From: an uncultured Klebsiella sp.
GTDB taxonomy: Bacteria; Pseudomonadota; Gammaproteobacteria; Pseudomonadales; Pseudohongiellaceae
Direction: 5' to 3'
DNA length: 64,000 bases
NCBI GenBank assembly: GCA_964538025.1
Contig: CAZICZ010000011.1
Location: 41,669 to 105,668 of the forward strand
This document shows, one piece after another, positions 10,137 to 18,771 of this stretch; the stretch's first letter is position 1, and each line of letters starts with the position of its first letter. Both the position numbers and the translations under genes were made by a program. The notes below the pieces were generated by a model that made no database searches, was not told the DNA's origin, and saw only the letters and a list, made by a program, of their open reading frames with translations.

Positions 10137-12202
10137 TGGAAGCCTCGACCCATATTCCCCGGCTCACCTTGTGGTGGTTACTGACGGCCTTAGGCCTGGT
10201 TGTCAGCCCACATTTTCTCCGGCTTCCCCTGTGGATCAGTTTGCTGATCCTGGGCTGCATCGGATGGCGTGTCATGATTTTTAACGGCCGACTGGGTTTT
10301 CCATCCCGCTCGGTCAAAATGGCGATTGTCTTTCTAAGCCTTCCGCTCACGGTGATGCAGTATCGAAATCAGGGTGCAGGGCTCGATGCTGCCATCTGCT
10401 TGCTTATCTTGGGGACGGTATTCAAGCTGCTCGAGATGCGGCAGACGCGGGACATGATGATTGTCGTCTGTCTGTGTTACGTGCTGACAATGGTGGGGTT
10501 CATATATACCCAAACCATTTTGGCAGCGTGTCTGGCTGTCGCCACAGTGACGGTTATTACGGGCGCACTCGTCTCCCTGCAACGGGACAACCTACACAGT
10601 TCCTTCCGCAGCAATGGCAGACTGGCCGTTAAGTTGGTAGCGCAAAGCATTCCGCTGACGATTGCCCTGTTTATTCTGGTGCCACGTGTCGCGCCATTGT
10701 GGACCATGCCAATTCCCGTATCTTCCAGCAAGACGGGCGTGACCGACGAAATGACCCCGGGCGATATCAGTCGCCTGAGCCGTTCCGCAGAACTGGCGTT
10801 CCGTGTGAGCTTTTCGGAAGAAACGCCTTCGCACGAGCTGCTCTATTGGAGAGGTCTGGTATTGGACTTCTTTGATGGACGTTCCTGGCGCCGGGCGGGT
10901 TCCACGTTTCAGTCGTTCGACATGATCGAACGCTTCCAGACTCCGCAGCGGGGGGAAGCTCTTGGGCGCGAAATTGACTACGATGTGATTCTTGAGCCAA
11001 CCCAGCAGTCATGGGTTTATGCGCTACCGCTCGCACAGGTTTCGGCAAGTGACATATTGCAGGACCGTTACTATGCCCTGTATACAGAAAAGCCGGTCAC
11101 GCAACGCTATCGGTATCAGGTTCGCTCGTTTCTCGAGTATGAAACTGACAGGGAATTAGCCGGCGTTCTGCGTGCCCGGGCGACGCAATTGCCGGAAACC
11201 GATCTTAACAGTCGCGCACGTGCACTGGCACAGACAATGCGCGCAGCATCGACCGACAACCTCGATTACGCCAATCAGGTTCTGCGATATTTTCGTGAAC
11301 AGGCATTCTATTACACGCTGACACCACCGCCGCTGGGGGATGCCTCCATCGACGACTTTCTGTTCACCACCATGCAAGGGTTTTGCGAGCACTATGCCGG
11401 CAGCTTCGTCTATCTGATGCGGGCGGCCGGTGTGCCTGCGCGTGTGGTTGTTGGCTATCAGGGAGGGGAAATCAATCCCTTCGAAGACTACACCATGGTG
11501 TATCAATATAACGCGCATGCCTGGGCAGAGGTCTGGAGTGAAGGGAGGGGATGGGTGCGATTCGATCCAACTGCCGCCGTTGCTCCCGAGCGCATTCAAC
11601 TGGGCGTTCAGGCCGTACTGGCGAATCAGCCGGGTTTTATGGAGGACAGTCGCTTTTCCATGATGCGGTTTCGCGATACCCAGTGGCTCAATGCGCTGCG
11701 ACTGCGTCTGGATGCCATGGACTATGCGTGGAATCGATGGGTCATCAGTTACAACGAAGACCTGCAGCTGCAACTGATGGCGTCGGTGTTTGGAGAGCGT
11801 GCCGCCGATAAACTCTTTTTAGCACTTGGCGGTGCGCTCATGGCCTTTTTTGCGATTGCCGCGTACTTTTTATTACGCGGACGGCGTGCTAACCGATACG
11901 ACGCCGTCACCCGCGAATACCTGCGTCTGGCCGGTGACCTCGCCCTCGCAGGCTTGCCCCGCCAGCGCGGGGAAGGCCCGCTCGACTATTGCGCCCGTAT
12001 TGCCGGGCAAAGACCGGAGTTTGCCGCACAGATGGAGGACGTAACCTCACGGTATGTAGCACTCTGCTACGAGTGTTCGGAAATGTCCGAGATGCGCGAA
12101 TTGAAAAACGATGAGCGCTACAAAGTCTGGCGGGAGCAGTTGCGACACTTGCGTCGTCGGGTTATGACGCCGTGGCAACGGCTCTTGCATTGGGTGACTT
12201 AG
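10136..12202 (+). CDS. transglutaminase-like polytopic membrane protein
   Basis: I chose ATG 10136 (MEASTHIPRL), which overlaps the DUF58 stop (TGATG). The ORF-track start at 9992 lies inside the DUF58 gene. The N-terminal half is multi-TM. A Cys-His-Asp triad is present (GFCEHY, HAWAEVW, RFDPT). Confidence 0.85.
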   Translation: MEASTHIPRLTLWWLLTALGLVVSPHFLRLPLWISLLILGCIGWRVMIFNGRLGFPSRSVKMAIVFLSLPLTVMQYRNQGAGLDAAICLLILGTVFKLLEMRQTRDMMIVVCLCYVLTMVGFIYTQTILAACLAVATVTVITGALVSLQRDNLHSSFRSNGRLAVKLVAQSIPLTIALFILVPRVAPLWTMPIPVSSSKTGVTDEMTPGDISRLSRSAELAFRVSFSEETPSHELLYWRGLVLDFFDGRSWRRAGSTFQSFDMIERFQTPQRGEALGREIDYDVILEPTQQSWVYALPLAQVSASDILQDRYYALYTEKPVTQRYRYQVRSFLEYETDRELAGVLRARATQLPETDLNSRARALAQTMRAASTDNLDYANQVLRYFREQAFYYTLTPPPLGDASIDDFLFTTMQGFCEHYAGSFVYLMRAAGVPARVVVGYQGGEINPFEDYTMVYQYNAHAWAEVWSEGRGWVRFDPTAAVAPERIQLGVQAVLANQPGFMEDSRFSMMRFRDTQWLNALRLRLDAMDYAWNRWVISYNEDLQLQLMASVFGERAADKLFLALGGALMAFFAIAAYFLLRGRRANRYDAVTREYLRLAGDLALAGLPRQRGEGPLDYCARIAGQRPEFAAQMEDVTSRYVALCYECSEMSEMRELKNDERYKVWREQLRHLRRRVMTPWQRLLHWVT

Positions 12203-12555
12203 CCCCCGGCAAGTTTGACCTTCAATCCCTTTTCCTGCAAAAGGGCTAGCACAAGCTCTCGGTGGTCGCCTTGTATTTCCACAATGCCGTTCTTCAGAGT
12301 TCCGCCACTGCCACAACGGTTCTTGAGAGACTTTACAAAAGCCATCAGTGCGACATCTTCCATCGCAAGGCCCTCGATGAGGGTGACGCCCTTTCCTTTA
12401 CGTCCTTTCGTTTCGCGTCGCACACGCACGATGCCATCGGCGCTGGGGCGGGAGGCGGGTGCATTTTTACACGTGCAGGCAGAAAGAGGGGCGCGGCAGT
12501 GCGGGCACATCCTGCCACTGTCGGTGGAATAGACGAGGGAAGAATCGCGCGCCAT
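12199..12555 (-). CDS. yciH: SUI1/eIF1-family translation initiation factor homologue YciH
   Basis: 118 aa, ...RRETKGRKGKGVTLIEGL...LKNRCGSGGTLKNGIVEIQGDHRE..., a typical SUI1 fold sequence. Confidence 0.9.
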   Translation of the reverse strand: MARDSSLVYSTDSGRMCPHCRAPLSACTCKNAPASRPSADGIVRVRRETKGRKGKGVTLIEGLAMEDVALMAFVKSLKNRCGSGGTLKNGIVEIQGDHRELVLALLQEKGLKVKLAGG

Positions 12556-12559
12556 GGTC

Positions 12560-14338
12560 TCAGGCTTTGTACAGGGGAGGCAGGATAAAGTCGTGATCCT
12601 TGTGGGCTTTTGCCTGCGACTGCCGGTAGTCGTTGCGCAGGGCTGTGATCAACTCACACAGGCGACGAATATCCGTCGTGAGCGACGCCGCATTGTCCGC
12701 CGCCTGACCATAGAGTGCCTGTTGGATCTTCACACAGATTGTGCGGATTTCTGCATTGTCTGTGCGTCTGGCGAGCTCGTCCAGCGTGTGCAAATCAGCA
12801 TCAGCAAAATACTGTCGCGCCCATCCAATCAGTGCCAGACGAAGTGCCGGCAGGTGTTGTTTCTCGCACGCTGACAGGAATTCCTTGAAGGCAATACTTT
12901 CAGAGGACGCGGCAATCGGCTGTCGATACATCGGTGCCGCCACTTCAGGCTGCTTCCGAATTTCTCTTTTCTGCTGGCTTCGACGTTGGGAAATCATGTA
13001 GGTGACAAATCCCAGCAACGCTGTGAGCGCTGCCGCCAACACGAGAATCCACAATGGCGTCGAGGGTGTCACCGTCAGTGATTCCTGGCGCGGCTGCTCG
13101 AATGCCGGGCTCAGGTCTTCTTCTGTGATGAAATTGCCATCGCCGTCGGTGCTTAGCAGCAAGGAATCATCCTGAGCGGAGGTGCGCGTGGGACCGACGC
13201 GTACCGCCGTGTCCTCGACGCTTGCGTACTTTACCTCTTCCGTGTCGATGTTGAACCAGGGCAGGGTAATGCCCGGGACACGAATGGTGCCCGTGGCGGT
13301 GGTCAGCAAAGACGCCTGTTCAATGCGTTGTCCGACCACATTGCCATCGACATAGCTGCGCGAGATTTGGGGTGGTTCCGGGTAGATGTTCACCGAATCG
13401 ATTGCAGGCATGTCCAGCGGAGGCAGCGCAGCGCCATCCAGACCGTTGGCCTCGATTTCGATCGTGCGCGTAATCGCATCGCCAATGCGCACATTGGTAA
13501 AATCGTTGTCCCAGCGTTCCCGAATCACCAGCTCGCTGGCAGGCAGCCATACGGCATTGGCGGGATAGTCACTCGGTTTTTCCTTGACCTGAACAGTATG
13601 TCCCTCGGCAAACGAGGTAATTGTGCGGGTATTGAGATTGCGGAAGACGTAGTTACTGGAACCGTCGGTCACCTCGCCTCGGAACATGATGTCTGGAATT
13701 TCCATGCTGCCGCTGCGCTGCGGGAATAGCGCGTATTGTTTTTCATACACGCCATACCGAACACCATCCACCAGTTTTTCATACTGGTTGGGGGTGCCGA
13801 TCATCTGAATGACCGTGTCCGGGATGTCCAGGTCCGTAAAGATCGGATTACGGATACCGTTGATGGTGTAGTACAGGCGAATTGTGAACAGGAGCTGTTC
13901 CTGGACGTAAACGCTCTCCTTGCTGACGACAGCCTCCATGAACAGATCCTGCCCGGCGATCCCGGTGTCCGTCTTGGGTTGCACGGTAATGCGCAGGGCT
14001 TGCGTAAATTCACCAGCGACCCGAAGGGGAGGGACTTCGATGTCGCCCTCGTGCAGTGGGAAAAGGGTCAGGTTGTAATCAATCCAGGATTCGACGGCGT
14101 TATTGATGCTGCGCATCTGACTGGACGTGCGAGTGGCGACCACCTGAAAACTACGCTCCAGCGGCCCGAGATCCATCTGGACGCCGCCTTGTTGGCCCTC
14201 TACCCGAATGGTGAGCGTCACGGTCTCGCCCCGGACGATTTCGGTTCTGTCCAGCGAGGCGGACACGGGCTGGGCGAACGCGCCGGAAGAGAACAAGGTG
14301 AACGCCACCGTGAGAAGGCAGGCCAACAGATTTACCAT
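12560..14338 (-). CDS. batD: BatD-like protein (oxygen-tolerance family)
   Basis: Signal peptide (AFAQP), a large periplasmic domain and a C-terminal TM segment (LWILVLAAALTALLGFVTYMI). It follows BatA/BatB in the operon. Confidence 0.78.
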   Translation of the reverse strand: MVNLLACLLTVAFTLFSSGAFAQPVSASLDRTEIVRGETVTLTIRVEGQQGGVQMDLGPLERSFQVVATRTSSQMRSINNAVESWIDYNLTLFPLHEGDIEVPPLRVAGEFTQALRITVQPKTDTGIAGQDLFMEAVVSKESVYVQEQLLFTIRLYYTINGIRNPIFTDLDIPDTVIQMIGTPNQYEKLVDGVRYGVYEKQYALFPQRSGSMEIPDIMFRGEVTDGSSNYVFRNLNTRTITSFAEGHTVQVKEKPSDYPANAVWLPASELVIRERWDNDFTNVRIGDAITRTIEIEANGLDGAALPPLDMPAIDSVNIYPEPPQISRSYVDGNVVGQRIEQASLLTTATGTIRVPGITLPWFNIDTEEVKYASVEDTAVRVGPTRTSAQDDSLLLSTDGDGNFITEEDLSPAFEQPRQESLTVTPSTPLWILVLAAALTALLGFVTYMISQRRSQQKREIRKQPEVAAPMYRQPIAASSESIAFKEFLSACEKQHLPALRLALIGWARQYFADADLHTLDELARRTDNAEIRTICVKIQQALYGQAADNAASLTTDIRRLCELITALRNDYRQSQAKAHKDHDFILPPLYKA

Positions 14339-16134
14339 ATTTTTGTTTCCGTAGGCTGTGAGTTAGTGCGGCTTTCCAATTGGCGACGGCGATATTCGAA
14401 CTGGAATTTGCGCTGCAGGAGCTCGCCCGGATCGTCGTCAATGCGACGCAGCCACTGTTCGAGGGACTCCTGGCTCTCGGTCTCCGCATTGCTCATGTTG
14501 GGCTGTTCGCCGTCCTGCTCCTCTTCGCTCTGCTGCTGCTCGGAACCATCGTCCTGCTCAGACTCTTCCTGTTCTTCTTGCTGATCGCCTTCCTGTTCTT
14601 CCTGTTCTTCGCTCTGTTCCTGTTCTTGCTGTTCTTCCTCGGACTGGTTTTCCTCCGACTGCTCTTCGGAATCCTCCTGTTGCTCCGACTGCATGCCATC
14701 GTCCTGATTCTGTTCTTCCTGTTGCTGCTGTTCCTCCAGCAGCGACTGGACGATTTCACGGTTGTGAATGGCGTCTGCGTGATCTGGCTGGAGGGCGATG
14801 GCGACGTTATAGGACGCGATGGCCTGCTCAAAATTCTGCGACATGGCGAAGGCGTTGCCGAGGTTGTAGTGGGCATCGGCCTCAGTGCCAAGCTCTACGC
14901 TGAACGCCTGGATAGCCCCGGCATAGTCGCCGGACTTGTAAGCGGCAGCGCCGCGCCAGTGCGGGTCCTGAAACAGCGCGGCGGCGCTGATCAGGTCTTC
15001 ATTCTCCATGGCCTCTGCGGCCTGCTGGTCTTTTGTTTTCCAGAAGTCTTTCCACTCGGCAGCCTCTGCTGGCGCACTGGGCGTCAAGAGGCCGGCGGAA
15101 CCTGCCAGAAGTGTGAGCCCCATGATCCAGCCTCGGCGGAACATCAGTGCGCTCAGGGGGAGGGCGAGCAGGAGAATCCAGGGACCCACCTCGTACCAGA
15201 TGTCAAAGTTTTCATCGACCGCGCTCAGATCTTCCTCGTCGAGGAATTCGTCCTCGGAGAACAGGGCGTCGAGGTCACTGCTGTTCAATTGGAGTTCGCT
15301 GTATCGTCCGTTGACGCTGTCTGCGAGATCTTGCAGAGCCGCGCTGTCGAGCACAGGAATCACGATCTGCCCGTTGCCGTCACGCAGGAAATCTCCGCCC
15401 GCGGCAGGAATAGGGCCGCCCTGTGCTGTGCCGACGCCGAGTATCAGGAGGCGAAATCCGGTATTGGCCAGCTGTGTTCTGATCGTGTTGAAATCGCTGC
15501 GTTCAACGCCGTCGGTGATCAGAGCGATCGTCCCGGAAGTGGCGCCAGCATCCGCGAACAGGCCTTTTGCCGTTTCAATGGCGGCAACCGTATTACTGCC
15601 GAACACGGGCATCATGTTGGGATTGATGGACGGTACCAACGACTTGATGGTGATGGAGTCTTCGGTCAACGGCGTCACCGCATGCGCATCGCCTGCGTAA
15701 ACCACCAAGCCTGTCTGGCCTTCCAGACGGCGGTCCAGAATATCGAGCACCTTGCGCTTGCTGACAACCTGACGATTGGGCTCGTAATCGGTGGCGTACA
15801 AGGACAGTGACTGGTCGTAGACAATCACCAGGGCGTCCTGACGCGCCTGCACCGGCGTCGGCATCTTCTCCCATACCGGTCCGGCCAGCGCCAGGATGGC
15901 AAGCGTCCACAGCGCTAGCAGGAGCAATAAAGGTGTCCGCTCGGCCACGCTCTTTGTGGTATCCAGCAGGAAAGGCAACAGATCCTTGTCAATGGCGCGA
16001 TCCCAGGCGCTGGCCTTTTCATTGATGCGCCACAGCAGCATGACGAGCCCAATGGCAGGAATGAGGGCAAGCAGCCACAGGGGACGAAGGAAATGGAAGT
16101 TTTCCGCAATCAGGGCGAAGGCAGTCGGGTTCAT
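14332..16134 (-). CDS. batB: VWA-domain protein fused to a TPR module and polyacidic tail (BatB-BatC fusion)
   Basis: N-terminal TM pair, VWA with MIDAS-like DQSLS, and TPR repeats (AAYKSGDYAGAIQAFS, YNLGNAFAMSQNFEQAI). These are followed by a roughly 80-aa E/Q/D/S tract. Confidence 0.8.
   Translation of the reverse strand: MNPTAFALIAENFHFLRPLWLLALIPAIGLVMLLWRINEKASAWDRAIDKDLLPFLLDTTKSVAERTPLLLLLALWTLAILALAGPVWEKMPTPVQARQDALVIVYDQSLSLYATDYEPNRQVVSKRKVLDILDRRLEGQTGLVVYAGDAHAVTPLTEDSITIKSLVPSINPNMMPVFGSNTVAAIETAKGLFADAGATSGTIALITDGVERSDFNTIRTQLANTGFRLLILGVGTAQGGPIPAAGGDFLRDGNGQIVIPVLDSAALQDLADSVNGRYSELQLNSSDLDALFSEDEFLDEEDLSAVDENFDIWYEVGPWILLLALPLSALMFRRGWIMGLTLLAGSAGLLTPSAPAEAAEWKDFWKTKDQQAAEAMENEDLISAAALFQDPHWRGAAAYKSGDYAGAIQAFSVELGTEADAHYNLGNAFAMSQNFEQAIASYNVAIALQPDHADAIHNREIVQSLLEEQQQQEEQNQDDGMQSEQQEDSEEQSEENQSEEEQQEQEQSEEQEEQEGDQQEEQEESEQDDGSEQQQSEEEQDGEQPNMSNAETESQESLEQWLRRIDDDPGELLQRKFQFEYRRRQLESRTNSQPTETKIW
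14480..14742 (-). repeat. imperfect trinucleotide (GAA/GAG/CAG) repeat tract encoding the E/Q-rich tail of BatB-BatC
   Basis: On the plus strand it reads as reiterated ctgttcttc / ctgctc units. The translation is EEQQQQEEQNQDD...SEEEQQEQEQSEEQEEQEGDQQEEQEESEQDD. Confidence 0.8.
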
Positions 16135-17192
16135 CCCTGCTCTCCCATCAGACGCGCATTGCCTTCCGGCTCGGATGCGGATACTTGCTGCCGCCGATTA
16201 AGCAAGGCGGTCCATGGCAGGCTGATCATCGCGAGCACGAAGCTCATCAGTACGGCAAAGCCCAGCGGCCAGTAAAAGAGAACATTTACGGGACGGAAAG
16301 TTTGCTCGTCCTGCTCAATGGCTTCCAAGGTGTCCAATTCGGCGTAGATGTCCACCAGATCCTCGACATTGCGGGCGCGGAAGTAGCGCCCTCCCGTGGT
16401 TTCCGCGATCAGGGTGAGATTTTCCTCGTCGAGCTCGGCGGAAGGATTGATAGAGCGCGATCCTTGGAAAGAGCGCTGTACTAAGGAGTCGGCGCCCATT
16501 CCGATGGTATAGATTTTGATGTTTTCGGTCTGCGCGAGCTGTCCCGCCTGCACGGGGGAGATGGCACCGGCGTTGTTGACGCCATCCGTCAACAGGACCA
16601 GCACACGGCTGTTCTCGGGCCGTTCCCGCAAGTGTTTCACCGCGAGGCCGATGGCGTCTCCAATGGCGGTGGCGGACTCTTCGATCATGCCGATTTCAAG
16701 CTCCGAGATCAGCTTCGCTACAGTAGAGCGATCAAAGGTCAGCGGGGTCTGAATGTAGGCATGTGCGGCAAACAAAATGAGGCCAAGCCGGTCGCCTTCG
16801 CGGCGCTCGGCAAAGTCACTGACCACCACCTTCATGACTTCAAACCGGGACAGTTGCGCGTTATTGATCACCATGTCCCGTGCTTCCATTGAGCCGGAAA
16901 TATCCACGGCCAGCATCAGATCTCGTCCGGTGGACGGAAGCTGGATAGCTTCACCGACCCACTGGGGACGGCTGGTGGCCAGTACCATGGCCAACCAGAT
17001 CAGCACGCAACAGAGGATTTTGAGCAGGCGGCGAGCATCCGCGCGCACCGAATCAGACTGCAGCTGCGAAAGGCGCGCAAAGAAGGGAACATACAGAGCC
17101 GCGTCCTGACGTGCCGCGCGGGCAAACAGGCGGTACACCAGCAGCGGAAGCGGGAGGGCGAGAAAGGCCCACGGCCAGGTAAACTCAAGCAT
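16131..17192 (-). CDS. batA: VWA-domain membrane protein BatA
   Basis: N-terminus MLEFTWPWAFLALPLPLL, MIDAS motif DISGSM and a C-terminal TM helix. It overlaps the next gene by 4 nt. Confidence 0.85.
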   Translation of the reverse strand: MLEFTWPWAFLALPLPLLVYRLFARAARQDAALYVPFFARLSQLQSDSVRADARRLLKILCCVLIWLAMVLATSRPQWVGEAIQLPSTGRDLMLAVDISGSMEARDMVINNAQLSRFEVMKVVVSDFAERREGDRLGLILFAAHAYIQTPLTFDRSTVAKLISELEIGMIEESATAIGDAIGLAVKHLRERPENSRVLVLLTDGVNNAGAISPVQAGQLAQTENIKIYTIGMGADSLVQRSFQGSRSINPSAELDEENLTLIAETTGGRYFRARNVEDLVDIYAELDTLEAIEQDEQTFRPVNVLFYWPLGFAVLMSFVLAMISLPWTALLNRRQQVSASEPEGNARLMGEQG

Positions 17193-17733
17193 GCTCAGTA
17201 ACCGCTGTTGTCGAAGAAGTGGAGGCGGACGTCGCCGGAATTTTAGCCAAATAGAGACTGCTAATCCATTGATGGGCCATGCGATACAAGCCGTCGGAAT
17301 CTACATCCCACTGCTGGGCAAAGCGTCCCTGACTCAGCGTGGCGGCCAGAGGTTCACTCAGCAGCTGGGCGTCACCGTGCGTGCGCAGAAAAGCGATCCA
17401 CTGGGACCCACCAAGGTTAGCCACGGGCTCTGACGGAAAATTCTTGAGCGCGACACGTCGTAATACCGCATTGATTTCATTAACAAAATCGAGTTTTGCC
17501 GCATTGTCGGCGGCACTGCTTCGCAGGGCTGTCATGCATTTCTCGAGCTCGATAATGGCAAAGCGACAGGTGCGTCGAACGCGCCAGAGAGCGTAGAGTC
17601 GCTTGGCGGTGAAATACGTGATCACACTCAGCAGGACAAACAAAACCCACCAGCCCGGGGCAGGGGGCCAGAACCCGACCGGTTCGGGGAGATGTATATC
17701 GGCCAACTGGCTTAAAGGGTCTGTGCCGTCCAT
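17185..17733 (-). CDS. DUF4381-like membrane protein
   Basis: The motif LADIHLPEPVGFWPPAPGWWVL is followed by a TM helix. It occupies the usual position between DUF58 and BatA in Bat-type operons. Confidence 0.7.
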   Translation of the reverse strand: MDGTDPLSQLADIHLPEPVGFWPPAPGWWVLFVLLSVITYFTAKRLYALWRVRRTCRFAIIELEKCMTALRSSAADNAAKLDFVNEINAVLRRVALKNFPSEPVANLGGSQWIAFLRTHGDAQLLSEPLAATLSQGRFAQQWDVDSDGLYRMAHQWISSLYLAKIPATSASTSSTTAVTEHA

Positions 17734-18689
17734 TGTCTGATCTGCTCGACTACTAATTGATTGGTGCGCAATTTAAGGAAAGGGATTTGCAGCTTGAGCA
17801 TGTCGGCCTGCATGACCTCCATCCGGTTCTTGAAATTGTCTTCGTAAGCACGACGCGCGCTCTGGCTGTAGGAGTTGAGACTGCCTTTGCGCTTGCCGTC
17901 GGTAATACTGTAATAACCCGGTACCGGCAGGTGTTCTTCCAACGCATCGTAAACGAAACAGCAGACGACGTTGTTGTTGCGGGCCAGTTGATTCAGGTAC
18001 TGCATGGCCGTGTCGTCCAGTGTCATGAAGTCACTGATGATATAGAGGGTACTTCCCGGTTTGGTAATGCGGCGGATATCGGCCAATGCCTTGCTGAGAC
18101 CGCCCGGGGCCTGTTCGTTCTGTGCTACCTGCGCACGGACCGTGGCGTCCGCGAGCCGTGTATTGAAGCCATGAATCTGGTTGAGCAGATGCAGGGCAGA
18201 ACGACGGCTGCGCTTCGGGCGTACCAGGGAGTGGTCGACATCGGAAAACACCAGTCCGCCCACACGATCGCCATTGTCGATTGCCATCCAGCAGAAAATC
18301 GCAGCGGCCTGGGCCGCAATTACCGACTTAAAGGCCACCTGCGACCCGAAAAACATGCTGCTGGACTGGTCGACGGCGATGATGACGGGGCGCTCACGCT
18401 CCTCGCGGAAGACCTTCGTAAAGGGTTTGCCTGTCCTGGCGGTCACCCGCCAGTCAATTGTGCGGATGTCATCCCCTTGCTGGTAGGGGCGAAACTCTTC
18501 GAAGTCGATGCCGCGTCCGCGCATCTTGGACATATGCAAACCGGATATGCCGGCAATCGAGCGATTGTAGGGGACGTATTCCACGATCTTGGCGGCGTGG
18601 CGCTGAATCAGCAGTTGTTGCAGACTGATGATGGCCCCTTTGCTCTGATAGAGCGCCTGATGAGGATCAATCTGCGGCATGGTGGTCAT
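17712..18689 (-). CDS. DUF58-family protein (copy 2)
   Basis: I chose the start at internal ATG 18689 (MTTMPQIDPH). Signature DFEEFRPYQQGDDIRTIDWRVTARTGKPF plus VIIAVDQSSSM. Confidence 0.8.
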   Translation of the reverse strand: MTTMPQIDPHQALYQSKGAIISLQQLLIQRHAAKIVEYVPYNRSIAGISGLHMSKMRGRGIDFEEFRPYQQGDDIRTIDWRVTARTGKPFTKVFREERERPVIIAVDQSSSMFFGSQVAFKSVIAAQAAAIFCWMAIDNGDRVGGLVFSDVDHSLVRPKRSRRSALHLLNQIHGFNTRLADATVRAQVAQNEQAPGGLSKALADIRRITKPGSTLYIISDFMTLDDTAMQYLNQLARNNNVVCCFVYDALEEHLPVPGYYSITDGKRKGSLNSYSQSARRAYEDNFKNRMEVMQADMLKLQIPFLKLRTNQLVVEQIRQWTAQTL

Positions 18690-18771
18690 ATGAGCTCGAC
18701 TCTTTTTCGGGCCGTGAGGCCGACGGGGGTGACATCCGGATGCGTGCATCGCACGCGAATACAGGCAGCGA

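Noticed and set aside
14480-14742. Short reiterated units that could superficially suggest a CRISPR-like or satellite array.
   Set aside because: The units are 3-9 nt, lie in frame inside a coding region and have no spacers. This is a coding low-complexity tract, not a CRISPR array.
13736-15810. Plus-strand ORFs of 282 and 476 aa opposite batD and batB.
   Set aside because: They are shadow ORFs. Their Leu/Phe-rich stretch (LLLFALLLL...FLFFLFF) is simply the antisense reading of the E/Q codon repeat, and the minus-strand genes have VWA, TPR and signal-peptide features.
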